A stretch of DNA of 64,000 nt from Eledone cirrhosa (lineage: Eukaryota), in contig OZ024742.1 in the NCBI GenBank assembly GCA_964016885.1, forward strand, positions 274,102,001-274,166,000, in the 5' to 3' direction. Positions 24,545 through 36,324 of this stretch are shown here, one piece after another (the stretch's first letter is position 1; the number at the start of each line of letters is the position of its first letter). The notes below the pieces were generated by a model. It was not told the DNA's origin. It made no database searches and was given only the letters and a program-made list of their open reading frames with translations. Position numbers and translations under genes: made by a program.

Positions 24545-25930
24545 ATATATATGTGTACAGAGAGGGGGAGAGTCAGTGGAGATGGCGTAGTACATAGATA
24601 GAGGGAGGGGAAGAGCCAATGGAGATGGCGTTGTACATATAAATATACTTACACACAGACACACAGACTTGCGTTGTTTAATTGGGGGTGGGGGAGATAT
24701 GTGTTGGTGATGTTAATGATGTTTATTATTGTTGAAGTAAGGAGATGTGCCTTGTGATGGCTGTGGAGGTGTTGTGTGCGACAAAAATATACAGGATCGA
24801 ATTATACGATGGTTTACAGGTTAAAAAGTGACATAGAGAACACGGGGAAAACAAGGTTGTGAATGAGGGGTGGTGGACGTAGAGCGATGTGTGTGGTGGT
24901 GGTGGTGGTGGCGATGGGGTGATATGTTCAACAATATATATACATGATCTGATGTCAAGGTGGTTTACAAGGTAAAGCTTACAGAGAGAGCAGATATAAC
25001 ACAGTGGTTCTGGGAGGGAGGGATGATATGTGTTGGTCATGTTAATGATGTTAATGATTGTTGAAGTATGGAGATGTACCTGGTGGTGGCCATGGTGGTG
25101 TGTGCGACAGAATATTTACAGGATCGAATTTTACGAAGGATTGTAGGTTAAAAAATACAGAGGGAACATGGGGGAACAAGGTTGTGGATGAGGGATGGTA
25201 GATATATAGCGATGTGTGTGTAGGTGGTGGTGGTGGCGATGGGGTGATATGATCGACATCATATTTAGAGGATCAGATGCTACTATGGTTTACAAGGTAA
25301 AACCTGACAGAGAGGACAGAAAGAACAGAATGGTACTAAGATGAGGGGTGTTTGGCTATGTGTCTTTCGGTGGGGGTGATGGATACGGCAAGATATATAA
25401 AAAATTTGGACTTTAAAAGAGTTACATGTTATAAAACAAATGCACTGAGATGAGGGACGGTGAGGCAAGGCAAAGGTGGTTATTATTATGTTGAGTTATG
25501 GTTAGTCTGTGGCCCTCGGTCGAATGTTTGTGCAGAGAAGGTGTTCAACCTGGTATGTCTACAATTGATAATTGATATCACCCCATCGCCACCACCACGA
25601 CCACGACCACACACTTTGCTATATGTTCACAACATTGTTTTCCCCGTGTTCTCTATGTCACTTTTTAACCTGTAACCCATCGTATAATTCGATCCTGTAT
25701 ATTTTTTGTGGCACACAACACCTCCACCGCCACCACAAAGCACATCTCCATACTTCAACAATCATTAATATCATTAACATCACCAACACATATATTCCCT
25801 CCATAAAGCACGCAAGTCTGTGTATCTGCGTGTACGTATACTTATATGTACAACGCGATCTCCATTGGCTCTCACCCTCCCTCTATGTATGTACTACGCC
25901 ATCTCCACTGACTCTCCCCCTCTCTATACA
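24545..25930. repeat. Large inverted repeat (arms about 370 bp) with an internal direct repeat
   Basis: About 24545-24925 is the reverse complement of about 25575-25930. About 25015-25310 repeats about 24690-24990. Confidence 0.8.
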
Positions 25931-25942
25931 TCTATCTATCTA

Positions 25943-25980
<38 letters not shown>

Positions 25981-26091
25981 CTAGTTGTTGTCTGTTCTAC
26001 AGTGTGGATGTAATTCACTTCGCGCAGAAGTTTTGTTCAAATTTATTACGGAAATTTTGTGAGTTCAAATTTAATTTTGATACCATTGTGT

Positions 26092-26132
26092 AGCTTGACC
26101 CCCCGTCTGAACTGTCAGACGGTGGGTCAGCT
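26092..26132 (+). promoter_or_regulatory. Strong GC-rich hairpin in the Tx1-like 5' UTR
   Basis: AGCTTGACCC-CC-CCGTCTGA-ACTG-TCAGACGG-T-GGGTCAGCT. Function unknown. Confidence 0.5.
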
Positions 26133-26213
26133 CATCTTTACCCCTCCTAGAAGAGAAAAACCTGTTTTTAAAAATGTTGTGGCAAAAAAAAAAATGTCAA
26201 TCGTCTGACAGAA

Positions 26214-28115
26214 ATGTTGAACGAAGCGAACGAAAATAGTAGTGGGGGGACAGCGGTAAGAGTTGTAAGCTCGCACGCTTTAGTCCCCCCTTCCTTCCCA
26301 ACTAACGTCATAGAGAAGGAAGGAAAAATTAAAATAAAAACAGACGAATCTGCGGAGAAAAATGACGAAAACACAAATCTGGACATGGATTCCAACAACG
26401 AAAAAAAAAAATTTGAAAAATTGCATGACAATACTAACACCACAAACAAAGACACAACAAACACAAAAATAACATTTGAAAATAACACCATAGCAGAAAG
26501 CAAAGCAGACGACAGAGTCAAGATTTCATTTGCACAAACAACAAAGAAATATTTGACTTATATACCCGAAAATATTTCAGATGTGGCACGAAGAATCACA
26601 GACGCCAAACAATACATAAGTGAAGGAGTGAATGGTATTTTATCGGTAAAAATGCCTCAAGAATTCACCAAAGACATTGAAAGCCGAACGGTCAAGTTCC
26701 GCACCATCAACAACACTTCTAAAAAATCTGAACAGCCTTCTCAAGCAGATATCAAAACAGTACTCACAGAAGTACTTAATGAAACCACTTTCATAAGAAA
26801 AGACAGACTGTATGGAAGCCTAGCAATTATCATGAAGAACGAATCGGCGGCAAAAAAATGTGCTTTGTCACCGATTCGTTCGAAAAATGTCACCTTTTAT
26901 CCATCTTATATGGGGAAAAGAACTCAACGCATATGGCTGGATGCAATGATGCCAGATGTGGACTACTGCTGGCTCATAGCTGGCTTCATCGATCCAGTGA
27001 ATGACAACGTGATTTCCATTGGGAAAACCACAGGCAATGCGTTCAGTGGAACAGGTATAGAGCTGGTAGTGCAAATGAAGCCTGAACGCATCGCCCAAAT
27101 ACCCGACAGAATCCTATTAGAGGACCACGGGTATATAAACATTAGCGTGGAGAGGAGAAGGCCGTCCTGCCATATCTGTTCAGGCAGAGGGCACCTGAAG
27201 GCCGCTTGTCCCCAACTCAACAAAAAGAAAACCCTGCTACCAACACCAGCTCCACCACCACCACCACAACAGATAAACAAACAACAAAACTCAGTCCCAC
27301 CCAACCCGTCCCTCAGTAAAACCACAACACCACCACAACACAAACAGACACAACACATTACCCCAAAACAAAATACAGGCCCACCCAACCTCTCACTCAA
27401 TAAAACAACACAACCACCGCAGACACAACACACAACACAGTCTAACATAGTGACATCCATCTCCCCCACAAAGAAAACCAACACGGAAACATTACCAGCA
27501 AACATACCTCTTCCCTCCAACACTGAAGATAACCCAACGAATTCGGAGGAAGAAACGGAGTCCTTCAGACAGATTAAAAGGAAAAAAAGAAAACATGTGC
27601 AAAACACACAAGGACAAACAACCCCCACCCAAATCTCAACACAATCCAACAAAACAGGAAACACCCCTCCAGCAACAAACAAAACCAAACCTGCCCCTCC
27701 CTTCTTCGAAACACTCACACCATCCGAAAAAAAGACATTACACTATACTTACATCAACAGAAACAATAATAAATTAAATGAACTCATATACAATAATCCT
27801 TCGGTACAAACCGAAGGTGTAAACTTTGTTTCGTCAGAAAACTACCCACATTTAAAATTAATAAAGATCCCAATGAACCTCTACCAAAAACTAAAAAAGG
27901 ATTTTAAGGAGGACGTAGGACCACCCTCTGTCAAACCCATAAACCGCGTCCTACTAAAAAGCTTTCCCTTTCCCCTTCCCCTCACCAACACAACTCCAAA
28001 CCCCCCAACCCCACCACACACTGACGACCCCACACCACCACAAGACACCCCTTCACCCAACACCCCCGACCCCATGGAAGTCGTGCAACCCGAACCCCGG
28101 GAAGCGGAAAGGTAG
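26214..28115 (+). CDS. ORF1 gag-like nucleic-acid-binding protein (633 aa)
   Basis: CCHC knuckle CHICSGRGHLKAAC, ISFAQ motif, basic KRKKRK and a Pro/Thr/Gln-rich tail. Directly upstream of ORF2. Confidence 0.85.
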   Translation: MLNEANENSSGGTAVRVVSSHALVPPSFPTNVIEKEGKIKIKTDESAEKNDENTNLDMDSNNEKKKFEKLHDNTNTTNKDTTNTKITFENNTIAESKADDRVKISFAQTTKKYLTYIPENISDVARRITDAKQYISEGVNGILSVKMPQEFTKDIESRTVKFRTINNTSKKSEQPSQADIKTVLTEVLNETTFIRKDRLYGSLAIIMKNESAAKKCALSPIRSKNVTFYPSYMGKRTQRIWLDAMMPDVDYCWLIAGFIDPVNDNVISIGKTTGNAFSGTGIELVVQMKPERIAQIPDRILLEDHGYINISVERRRPSCHICSGRGHLKAACPQLNKKKTLLPTPAPPPPPQQINKQQNSVPPNPSLSKTTTPPQHKQTQHITPKQNTGPPNLSLNKTTQPPQTQHTTQSNIVTSISPTKKTNTETLPANIPLPSNTEDNPTNSEEETESFRQIKRKKRKHVQNTQGQTTPTQISTQSNKTGNTPPATNKTKPAPPFFETLTPSEKKTLHYTYINRNNNKLNELIYNNPSVQTEGVNFVSSENYPHLKLIKIPMNLYQKLKKDFKEDVGPPSVKPINRVLLKSFPFPLPLTNTTPNPPTPPHTDDPTPPQDTPSPNTPDPMEVVQPEPREAER

Positions 28116-28148
28116 GTCTCTACACTCTCCTTTGGCTCTGCCGCCCAC

Positions 28149-31100
28149 ATGGATGTGTTAAGAGTAGGATGTTTGAATGCACGTGGCCTGGGCTCAACTT
28201 GGAAGCAAGCAAAGCTTCTAAATGACCTCAGGTCATGTAGTATAAATGTAATGGTTATCTGTGAGACTCTAATCAGCGTCGTGCGGCAGCTGGCCCCCAC
28301 CTTCGATGACTTTGAGGTGCATGCATCTCTCTGTCAACCTGGAGGTGAGGGTGGGGTTGTCGTACTGCTGGAAAAACACCTGGGTCTTGCCGTACAGGTT
28401 GTGCACTCGGACCCGCAGGGTCGTTTGTTGGTGTTAGACGTCGGCAGTAGTGAAAGTGCGGCCTTGAGACTGGTCGCGGTCTACTCCCCTTTCGGAGCTG
28501 AACGGCCCGACTTCTTCCAGCGTTTGGAGACTTTTCTGGGAACGTCGCATTCCCTGCTTCTAGCAGGGGATTGGAATGACATCCTGGATGCACGTTGGGA
28601 CTATGCAGGAGCATGTCCTAATAGAGGGGGGTGTAACAGCCTCAAGGGGTTACTCGACCGTTTTAACTTGGTCGATAGATATCGACTAGATTTTCCAACT
28701 GTGCCTACCTGGACTTGGAGAAGCCACAGTGGTCAATCTAGATCGTACTTAGATGGATTCTTAGTTAGAAGTAAGGATAGGGACATATTAAGCTGTCCAG
28801 AAATGCGCACGGTTGGCTACACGGATCACAAATTAGTGACCTGCGTAGTCAATCTCGAGAAAACACATAAACAGGGTCCCGGTTACTGGAAACTTAATTT
28901 GTCTTTACCGGCAAAAGAGACTTACAGAAACCGGATTAGCAGATTAGTTAAGGAGAGGTTGACGGGTGCAATCGTCAACAACCGATGGTGGGCATCTCTC
29001 AAAAGAGAGATTAGAACAGAATCAATAAGTTATAGCAAGATGTTAGCTGCCGATAGGAATAGAAACGAGAAAGAATTAACAGGTAAATTAGAAGAGGCAA
29101 TCAAGAGCGAAGATGTGGCCAGAATGCTGGCATCGAGGACGGCCTTGAACCAGTTTTTCGATGCAAAGCACGAAGGCTGCGTCATTCGAAGTAAAATACG
29201 TGCTTTAGGTAATGAGGGGGCCAAAGCCGTTGGCTGGGCCCGCGTGACAGAAGCTAAGAGTGGAAATCGATCCACCATCCGGTCGTTGCAAGACGAAGAT
29301 GGACGGGTGATCCGGGAGCCTAAGCAGATGTGCGAGGCCTTTCAAAGGCACTTTGCCCGATTGTTCGGGGGAGGCGAGGGTCCGGTCGGGGTCGTGGATT
29401 TCGGTCCATACCTCGACGGCCTGCCGCGTCTCTCGAGCGAAGAGGCAGAGTCCTGCGAGGGACCAATCTCGGCTGATGAGATCGGAGATGCGCTGAGCCA
29501 ATGCAGCAGACGCAAATCTCCAGGTCTCGATGGTATACCTTACGAACTTTATTTAGCAATGCCGGTCTTCTTCTCCGAACTCCTCGAAGCGGTCTACTGC
29601 AATTGGCGGCAGAACGGGAGAATTCCTTGTTCTGTAGCCAAGGGCGTAGTCACGTTGGTGAGGAAGGACGAGAACAAGGGGGATAGTATAAATAATTTTC
29701 GGCCCATAACCCTGCTAAACACAGAGTTAAAGATTTTGGCCAAGGTGTTAGCAAAGAGGTTGGCGCTTGTCGTGGGTGGCCTGGTGGGAGATGCGCAGAC
29801 ATGTGCTATCCCATCCAGGTCCATTCACGATAACCTCTACCTCATGCGATACATCATAGAGAGGGTTGGCAACAAACCCGTCTTCGGTGGGGCCCTGATC
29901 AACTTGGATCAGTCTAAGGCCTTCGATAGGGTCGACCATGGTTACCTGGATGCGGTGCTAGCGGCGGCTGGGTTCGGTCCTGTTTTCAGAGGCTGGATCA
30001 CTGCCCTACATAGCAACCACATCTGTTCTAGGATCAAGGTGAACGGCTACCTTTCGAAGCCGTTCGAAATCACACGATCCATTCGACAGGGGTGCCCTCT
30101 CTCCTCCCTTCTGTACGTATTGACTCTCGAGCCTTTACTGAGGAAGTTGGAGTTGTTGCAGGGTATCCCCCTGGAACCAGGATTGAGCAAAGCGGTGTCG
30201 GCCTACGCCGATGATGTAACAGTAATGGTATCGACCGACTCGGAGATCGAGGCGATCGGTACCTTACTGGAGGATTACGAAAGGTTGTCAGGAGCGAAAC
30301 TGAACCGGGAAAAATCCATCGGGCTGCAACTCGGAACGTGGAGAGGCAGACCGATGCCTCCCGACGGCGTCGTCGGACACTGGACGGAGGGCCCGGTAAA
30401 GTTGCTTGGGGTCTGGTTTGGACCGGACCTCCAGGTGGAAAAGAACTGGAACGAGGTTACGAACAAGGTGTTTGCACTAACCCAGAAATGGGCCAAGTGT
30501 AAGCTGTCCCTAAAAGGCCGGGCGGAGGTGGCGAACATTTACATAGCGTCCGTCACTTACTACCGCCTGACAGTCGTGCCTTGCCCTAAGGAAACACTCA
30601 CCACCATGGAACGCATGCTCTTCCAATTTCTTTGGAAGAAGCGCCCTCCTATGGTGAAAAGATCCATCTGCTGCCAACAACCTTCGAAAGGAGGGCTGCG
30701 GATGCCGTGGTTGATGATGCGTAGGCACGCATTAAGGCTACGGCACCTACAGGTATTCCTCACTGGTCAACCGGTGTGGGCTCCGTTCGTGAAACGAGCC
30801 TTTCCGAGACTCGTCTCGCTCACCGAGCTACAGTCCTGGGTCAAGCAAAGATCCGGAAAACTGGGAGACTGGCACACTGAGTGTGCTCAGGCGCTCAGGG
30901 CTCTCTGGCAAGCGGGCCAGGCCATCGGTGGAGAATCCACCTCATCATTCTATAGAGGGCTGGTGGCTAGCAGGGGCGATGACACCCTTGGAGAGTCGCT
31001 GGACATGGAAGAAGACGAACTGGCCAGCCTGTTCGGTAGGACTTTCGGCCCAGGACCAATGGACAACTTCCAGAAGTCACTGGCCTGGCAGTGCTACCGA

Positions 31101-31586
31101 GGGGCTCTACTCGTTCGAGAGAGGCTCTACAGACACGGGCGCCCGGGCAGGGATCCCTCAAAAAAGATTTGCCCTAGATGCGTGCGTCACGAAGAAACCG
31201 TTGCGCACGCATTGGTGCAATGTCCGGGCGTGGCTGATCTGTGGGGCTACGCCGAACGACTGCTGTCGCGGGTGGCGCCGATTCAATTGACCGCCGAGTC
31301 CGTGATGACAATCAAACCGCCTCCCCTCTTCTCAAAGGAAGCAAAAGCGGTTTTTCTGTGCGTAATACCCATGTTGAAAGAGGTTGTTTGGTGGACACGA
31401 TTGAAAGGTCTGAGGTCAGGCAACTTCCTCTCTGGCCATAGTCTGGTCTACTTCTTCCGATATCACTTCGGAAGAAGGATAAGAATGGAGAGAGAGGTGC
31501 TTGGCCACAGGCAGTTTTATGAAAGGTGGGTGATAGTGGCGAGAATGGCTCGTGTAAATGGGCCTTCTCTGTATACCATCCTGTAG
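28149..31586 (+). CDS. ORF2: apurinic-like endonuclease, reverse transcriptase and C-terminal zinc finger (1145 aa)
   Basis: APE: CLNARGL, ICET, GDWN, YLDGFLV, TDHKLV. Linker: GPGYWKLN. RT: KSPGLDG, FRPITLLN, LDQSKAFDRV, QGCPLS, AYADD. Zinc finger: CPRC...ETVAHALVQC. Confidence 0.95.
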   Translation: MDVLRVGCLNARGLGSTWKQAKLLNDLRSCSINVMVICETLISVVRQLAPTFDDFEVHASLCQPGGEGGVVVLLEKHLGLAVQVVHSDPQGRLLVLDVGSSESAALRLVAVYSPFGAERPDFFQRLETFLGTSHSLLLAGDWNDILDARWDYAGACPNRGGCNSLKGLLDRFNLVDRYRLDFPTVPTWTWRSHSGQSRSYLDGFLVRSKDRDILSCPEMRTVGYTDHKLVTCVVNLEKTHKQGPGYWKLNLSLPAKETYRNRISRLVKERLTGAIVNNRWWASLKREIRTESISYSKMLAADRNRNEKELTGKLEEAIKSEDVARMLASRTALNQFFDAKHEGCVIRSKIRALGNEGAKAVGWARVTEAKSGNRSTIRSLQDEDGRVIREPKQMCEAFQRHFARLFGGGEGPVGVVDFGPYLDGLPRLSSEEAESCEGPISADEIGDALSQCSRRKSPGLDGIPYELYLAMPVFFSELLEAVYCNWRQNGRIPCSVAKGVVTLVRKDENKGDSINNFRPITLLNTELKILAKVLAKRLALVVGGLVGDAQTCAIPSRSIHDNLYLMRYIIERVGNKPVFGGALINLDQSKAFDRVDHGYLDAVLAAAGFGPVFRGWITALHSNHICSRIKVNGYLSKPFEITRSIRQGCPLSSLLYVLTLEPLLRKLELLQGIPLEPGLSKAVSAYADDVTVMVSTDSEIEAIGTLLEDYERLSGAKLNREKSIGLQLGTWRGRPMPPDGVVGHWTEGPVKLLGVWFGPDLQVEKNWNEVTNKVFALTQKWAKCKLSLKGRAEVANIYIASVTYYRLTVVPCPKETLTTMERMLFQFLWKKRPPMVKRSICCQQPSKGGLRMPWLMMRRHALRLRHLQVFLTGQPVWAPFVKRAFPRLVSLTELQSWVKQRSGKLGDWHTECAQALRALWQAGQAIGGESTSSFYRGLVASRGDDTLGESLDMEEDELASLFGRTFGPGPMDNFQKSLAWQCYRGALLVRERLYRHGRPGRDPSKKICPRCVRHEETVAHALVQCPGVADLWGYAERLLSRVAPIQLTAESVMTIKPPPLFSKEAKAVFLCVIPMLKEVVWWTRLKGLRSGNFLSGHSLVYFFRYHFGRRIRMEREVLGHRQFYERWVIVARMARVNGPSLYTIL

Positions 31587-31902
31587 GTAAAGAAGTAAAG
31601 GAGAGGGGAGCACCTTCTCCATGTGCTCCCCGGGCAAAGGATTGCACACTTTTTCGTGGGTGTGTGCAACCCCCATCACGTCCCCTCTCTTTTGAGGTTA
31701 TTTTCGATTATTTTCATGTTACACCCTTTTTATCGATTGTATATAAACTCCCCCTTTGTATTTGTCCCTTCTTTTTATGCCTTTATGGTAAATAAAGAAA
31801 TATATCTATATATATATATACTTTGGTTAAAATTCAGCAAACATATTTGAATGGTCAAATATTTTGTAATGTGTGCCAAATATATTGTAACTTTCATAAA
31901 AT

Positions 31903-31931
31903 ACCCGGGTATCACCGGGTAGCTCCGCTAG
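31903..31931 (+). mobile_element. Helitron-like 3' terminus, followed by the start of another Helitron-like unit
   Basis: CCCGGGTATCACCGGG hairpin and CTAG|T. Confidence 0.55.
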
Positions 31932-32419
31932 TATATATATAAATGCAAGTTTACGATTTTGTGTGTCCGCCTAAAACTAGCAAACTACCGGACCAAACTC
32001 CTCAAAATTACAGGTAGATATTCACTATACACTCGGACAGGTAACGGTCGAAAAAGATTTACTTTGCAAAGCAAGGAATTCATTTAAATTCAATTTATCT
32101 TATTTTCTAATGAATATCAAAAGAGATCATCCATTTTGTTTTTTTATGTTCTCCAGTCTATAGATAAGAGAGTGAGGGATGGGAAGAGAGAGAGTAAGGG
32201 ATGAGAGAGAAAGAGAGAGAGTGACTGATGGGAGAGAGAGTAGAGCGATGAGAGAGAAAGAGAGAGAGTGAGTGGGAGAGAGAGAAAGGGGATGTGAGAG
32301 AGAAAGAAAATTGAGTAAGGGATGAGAGAGAAAGTGAGAGATGAGAGAGAGAGAGAGTAAGGGGATGTGAGAGAGAAAGAGAGTAAGGGGATGAGAGAGA
32401 AAGACGATGAAAGAGCATT

Positions 32420-33027
32420 ATAATAAATGTTCGGTAAACCCATGCGTACATATATATATATATATATATATGTGTGCATGTATGTATATATATACATACT
32501 ACTGTACGTCTGTATACATATATGTATATGCGTACACATACTTATATTTAAGTAACAGCCGTACTAAGAGTGAGACATGAAATTTCGTTTCATTTTTTCC
32601 ATTTATCGTTTTCGGTGCGCCCGGCCGACTAACTCACTCGATATGCAAATTAGGTTGTTCAGCCGTTAATATGCATAGGGAAAGTATATACTTTCAGACG
32701 TTCAATCATCTGGCAAGAAGGTATACGATGCTGACTATAGCTAATAAGCTTGAAACTAGTAGATCGTTCCTTTGTCAGTGTTGAAGAAAAGGGTAACGAT
32801 GGTTGCTAAACACTGTACGGCTTAATTCGGGCTGTTTGATTACAAAAAAATTATATATAATAAATGTTCGGTAAACCCATACGTACATATATATATATAT
32901 GTGCATGCATGTATATATATACATACTACTGTACGTCTGTATTCATATATATATGTGTGTATAAATACTTATATATAAGTAACAGCCGTACTAAGAGTGA
33001 GAAATGAAATTTCGTTTAGTTTTTTCC

Positions 33028-33030
<3 letters not shown>
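32420..33030. repeat. Direct repeat of about 180 bp
   Basis: ATAATAAATGTTCGGTAAACCCAT...GAAATTTCGTTT..TTTTTTCCAT at about 32420-32601 and 32856-33029. Confidence 0.8.
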
Positions 33031-33076
<46 letters not shown>

Positions 33077-33779
33077 TGAAAGAAATATAAAATATATTAA
33101 AAATATACATAAACGTCACATAGAGATACACAGTTAGGAATACCTGAAAGGGTGCGCCCAATTGTATGTGTCTACAGAGATGTTGTTACGTTGCGAACAT
33201 GGATCAAACCACATATGGAATCTTTGCGCAAACCACATAATAGGCGTTCATGTTATTACAGTAAATAGTAAATAGTATGCGCAGACCGTACATAGAAAAT
33301 GCGTGCAGAAAATATATAAAAAAAGAAAACATATATAGATAGAAGAAGGAACGTGTATGGGTATGAGATAGTACGCAAGAGAAGTATGAGAGATACAGGT
33401 GGGTCTGTATACAGAAAATACAATATGTGTTACAAAATGGAATACGTGGAGAGTATGGACTCTCAATTGAAAAGATACAGATGCATGGTGGTGCGTGGAC
33501 CGGCCATACTGTGGTATTTCACTGTGGTTGAAGCATATTGTTTTATAGGTGTAAGGCATTTGACTGAAAGTCAATGGAATCCGGGTCAACCTGTCCCGGC
33601 TCAGGCGATGTTCTAGCCTAGGGTGACGTGCAGAGTCGGGTATGCATCCTGGGATATTTCGGCTTACCCCACGGGGCATATATAGTCATCAGGGTATGGT
33701 GTCTGATCCCTTGAACCCGTTTCGCCGCTCTGGTCGGTGTGCGCTCCGCCGCATGCATTTAGCCTGTGCTGCCCGGTGG

Positions 33780-33900
33780 ATTTCATGTGGAGAGTGTGCA
33801 CCTTCTCTGGTGTCTGCACGTCATGATTATTTCCGATTTCAGGTTGACCGCATCATCTTTCAGTCTGACTATCTCCATGGCCTCGGATAGATTTAATATT
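33780..33900 (-). pseudogene. Probable extreme C-terminus of a Hydra-type PLE endonuclease
   Basis: Manual translation NLSEAMEIVRLKDDAVNLKSEIIMTCRHQRR resembles LETHSII...[13 protein letters not shown] of ORF 20164-21987. Confidence 0.45.
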
Positions 33901-34024
33901 AGGGAGAGCACTCGACGTAATGCAACTCACCCGTCTTCGTTTGTGTTGTTGGTGGTGCGAGTGCGGAATTAATTATTATAAAATAACAGGATGCTGGACT
34001 GGTGTAATTCCTTAAAGGTTTATT

Positions 34025-34082
34025 ATACTATGAACATTTCAATGACCGGGTTTATTATGAATCTGGTGTCATCATCTGGTAT
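34025..34082 (-). ncRNA. Degenerate hammerhead-like motif
   Basis: ATAC-CAGATGA-TGAC...GTCAtt-GAAA-TGTTCA-TA-GTAT-AATAAA. U4 is mutated. Confidence 0.35.
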
Positions 34083-35827
34083 TCGAAATTTAACAAAGGA
34101 ATATAATAGACACAATCCATGGGGCTGAAAAGGCAGCGAGACAAGAAGGCGGCCAAACATTTAGCAGTATCTAGTCCGATCGGCCCCATTCAAGTGAGGA
34201 CTATTAAGTCTTCTTATGTATTTCTGGTGAAGGGGCGTAAGATTATAGTGTACTACTACAACCCCGTCGTGGACAGAGGCTAGCGGTGGAATCAGGTTAA
34301 ACTGAAGTTGGTCAGAAGTGCTAAAAAGAGCTAAGAAATATATTTTTAAAAAAGCATATACCTTTAACAAAGCTATATATAGTGGGCACCTGTACAGTAT
34401 ATTTTTCATTGTAGCGTCATAAATTACGATTAAGGATTAGAAATGTAAAATTCATGTTTAGAATTAAAAGATGTCATTTAAGATGAGATTAGAGAAGTAA
34501 GATTTAGGTTTAAAGTTGGGAGATTTAGTTAAAGAATTTACATAAGGAGGCGTTTATACAAAGGTTAAGTGTATTATTGATAGTCACGATAAAGTTTCAG
34601 GGAAGAATATAAAGTTAAGATTAAGATTAAAAAGTAAGATTAAGCCCGTGTTTGGCGGTCAGTAACCATCGGCGTTGCGGACTCCCAGCCCACCCGGGGC
34701 CCAATGGCGTGTCAACCGTTCCGAGTATTTTTGTCTACTGAAGGAAAGGGGAATTTATTTTTCCGAGCACTCCAGGAATGTTAACTGTCTCAAGCGCCGG
34801 GGATGCTAGAGGGAAGCCCGCCACCGTCGGTTGATCATCGTGTATACCTAACAATTATTAGTTATTCACACCCGTGATTGAAGTTTAGAAGTGGCAAATC
34901 TGATGAACTGGGTAAGAAGACTATATTTAGTCCCCAGTTAGCCCGGATTATATATAATGTGATTCCTGAGTGGGTAGGGGGAGTGATTAAAGATAAACAG
35001 AAATAAAGGGTACACAGAATAATATTCTAGGGTCGTGTGCTAATTTTAGGTAACAGATGAGTACAAGGATATGTATATAAGAAGTATAAAGTGAATAAAT
35101 ACATAAATAAAAGCATAAATAAAATGAAGTCATACCCAGGGTGGTAATTGTGGGAGTTAAAATAGAAGTAAATAAAAACATATCAAAGAAATCAAAATAG
35201 AGGAGAAATAAAATATAGATCCTCTATATCTATATTTAAAACCATGTATTTTCTAATCGTGTTATCTATTGTTTATTCGCTACACCTTGATCTGTATTTT
35301 ATTTCTTCTGTATTTTGATTCCTTCGAAAAAATGAAAACAATTAATTTTAGAAATAAAAATACAAACGATGGACACAGAACGCCATGGCCATCGGCCGTA
35401 GATTTAGACTGTGCAGTTTCGACCTCTACTAAAGGCACTGCTGGTCTGTCTGTTGTCACACCGTCTGAGATAAGTCAAATGCTGTTCAGTTGAATAAGAG
35501 ATGAGAAATAAAATGTTAATTCATAGCAATTAAGTTACAAAACACATATAATTGTGTGTGACGTCAGGCGAAGGTGCGGTGACTCTTAGAGCAAGGGATG
35601 CATGAATAAAACCAAATAAACGAAAGGAAAAAAAAGGTAGAAAAGTAGGATGTGAAAAAATTGAAAGCTATTGCAATAAAGGTCGGAGAAGAGGTAAACA
35701 TGTTCGTCACATTAGTAGACAGTCTTATGAATTAGACGGACACCCTCACACGCATTTATATATACATATATATAGACTTGATATTCTCTATTCAAATCTC
35801 CTTCATTTACTCCTTTCTCTCGTTTTC

Positions 35828-35887
<60 letters not shown>

Positions 35888-35894
<7 letters not shown>

Positions 35895-36324
35895 ATACTT
35901 TGGGAGGGTCATGTTGCCAATAAGAAACACACGCACCAGTTGCTTTCACTTCAATTTAATTTAATATATATTTATAAATTTACAAAAAAAAAAAAAATGA
36001 ACACAAACACACACAGACACCCGGATGTGGCGCATGCGCAAACTGAGCACGCAACCCACACACAAACAAAATGGCGTAGGATAGAAGAAAGGAAAGGCAC
36101 AGAAACGAAGAAAGAAATCCCCAGTCACTGAAGAGGTCACAGAGTGTGTGACGAAAGAACTATGACTATATATATATAAACAACTATCTGGTTGTGGAAC
36201 CAACCAACCAACCAGAAATTTATAAATTTGTAAATTTATAAATATATATTAAATTAAATTGAAGTGAAAGCAACTGGTGCGTGTGTTTCTTATTGGCAAC
36301 ATGCCCCTCCCAAAGTATAACAAT
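35888..36324. mobile_element. Element of about 440 bp with about 98-bp inverted arms enclosing a hammerhead
   Basis: 35888-35985 is a near-perfect reverse complement of 36227-36324. Confidence 0.75.
36123..36167 (+). ncRNA. Minimal type I hammerhead ribozyme
   Basis: AGTCA-CTGAAGA-g-GTCACA-GAGTG-TGTGAC-GAAA-GAAC-TA-TGACT. Confidence 0.7.

Larger units (their letters stand above)
25979..31800 (+). mobile_element. Full-length Tx1-like (L1 clade) non-LTR retrotransposon with intact ORFs, inserted in (TA)n
   Basis: 5' UTR, ORF1, 33-nt spacer, ORF2 and a pyrimidine-rich 3' UTR ending AATAAAGAAA. (TA)n on both flanks. Confidence 0.9.

Noticed and set aside
26963-27718. 251-aa antisense ORF within Tx1 ORF1
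   Set aside because: Shadow of the A/C-rich sense strand, with no recognisable motifs.
34640-34840. GC-rich island in AT-rich DNA
   Set aside because: Possibly a retroelement UTR, but I found no ORF, repeat partner or convincing fold to support a call.
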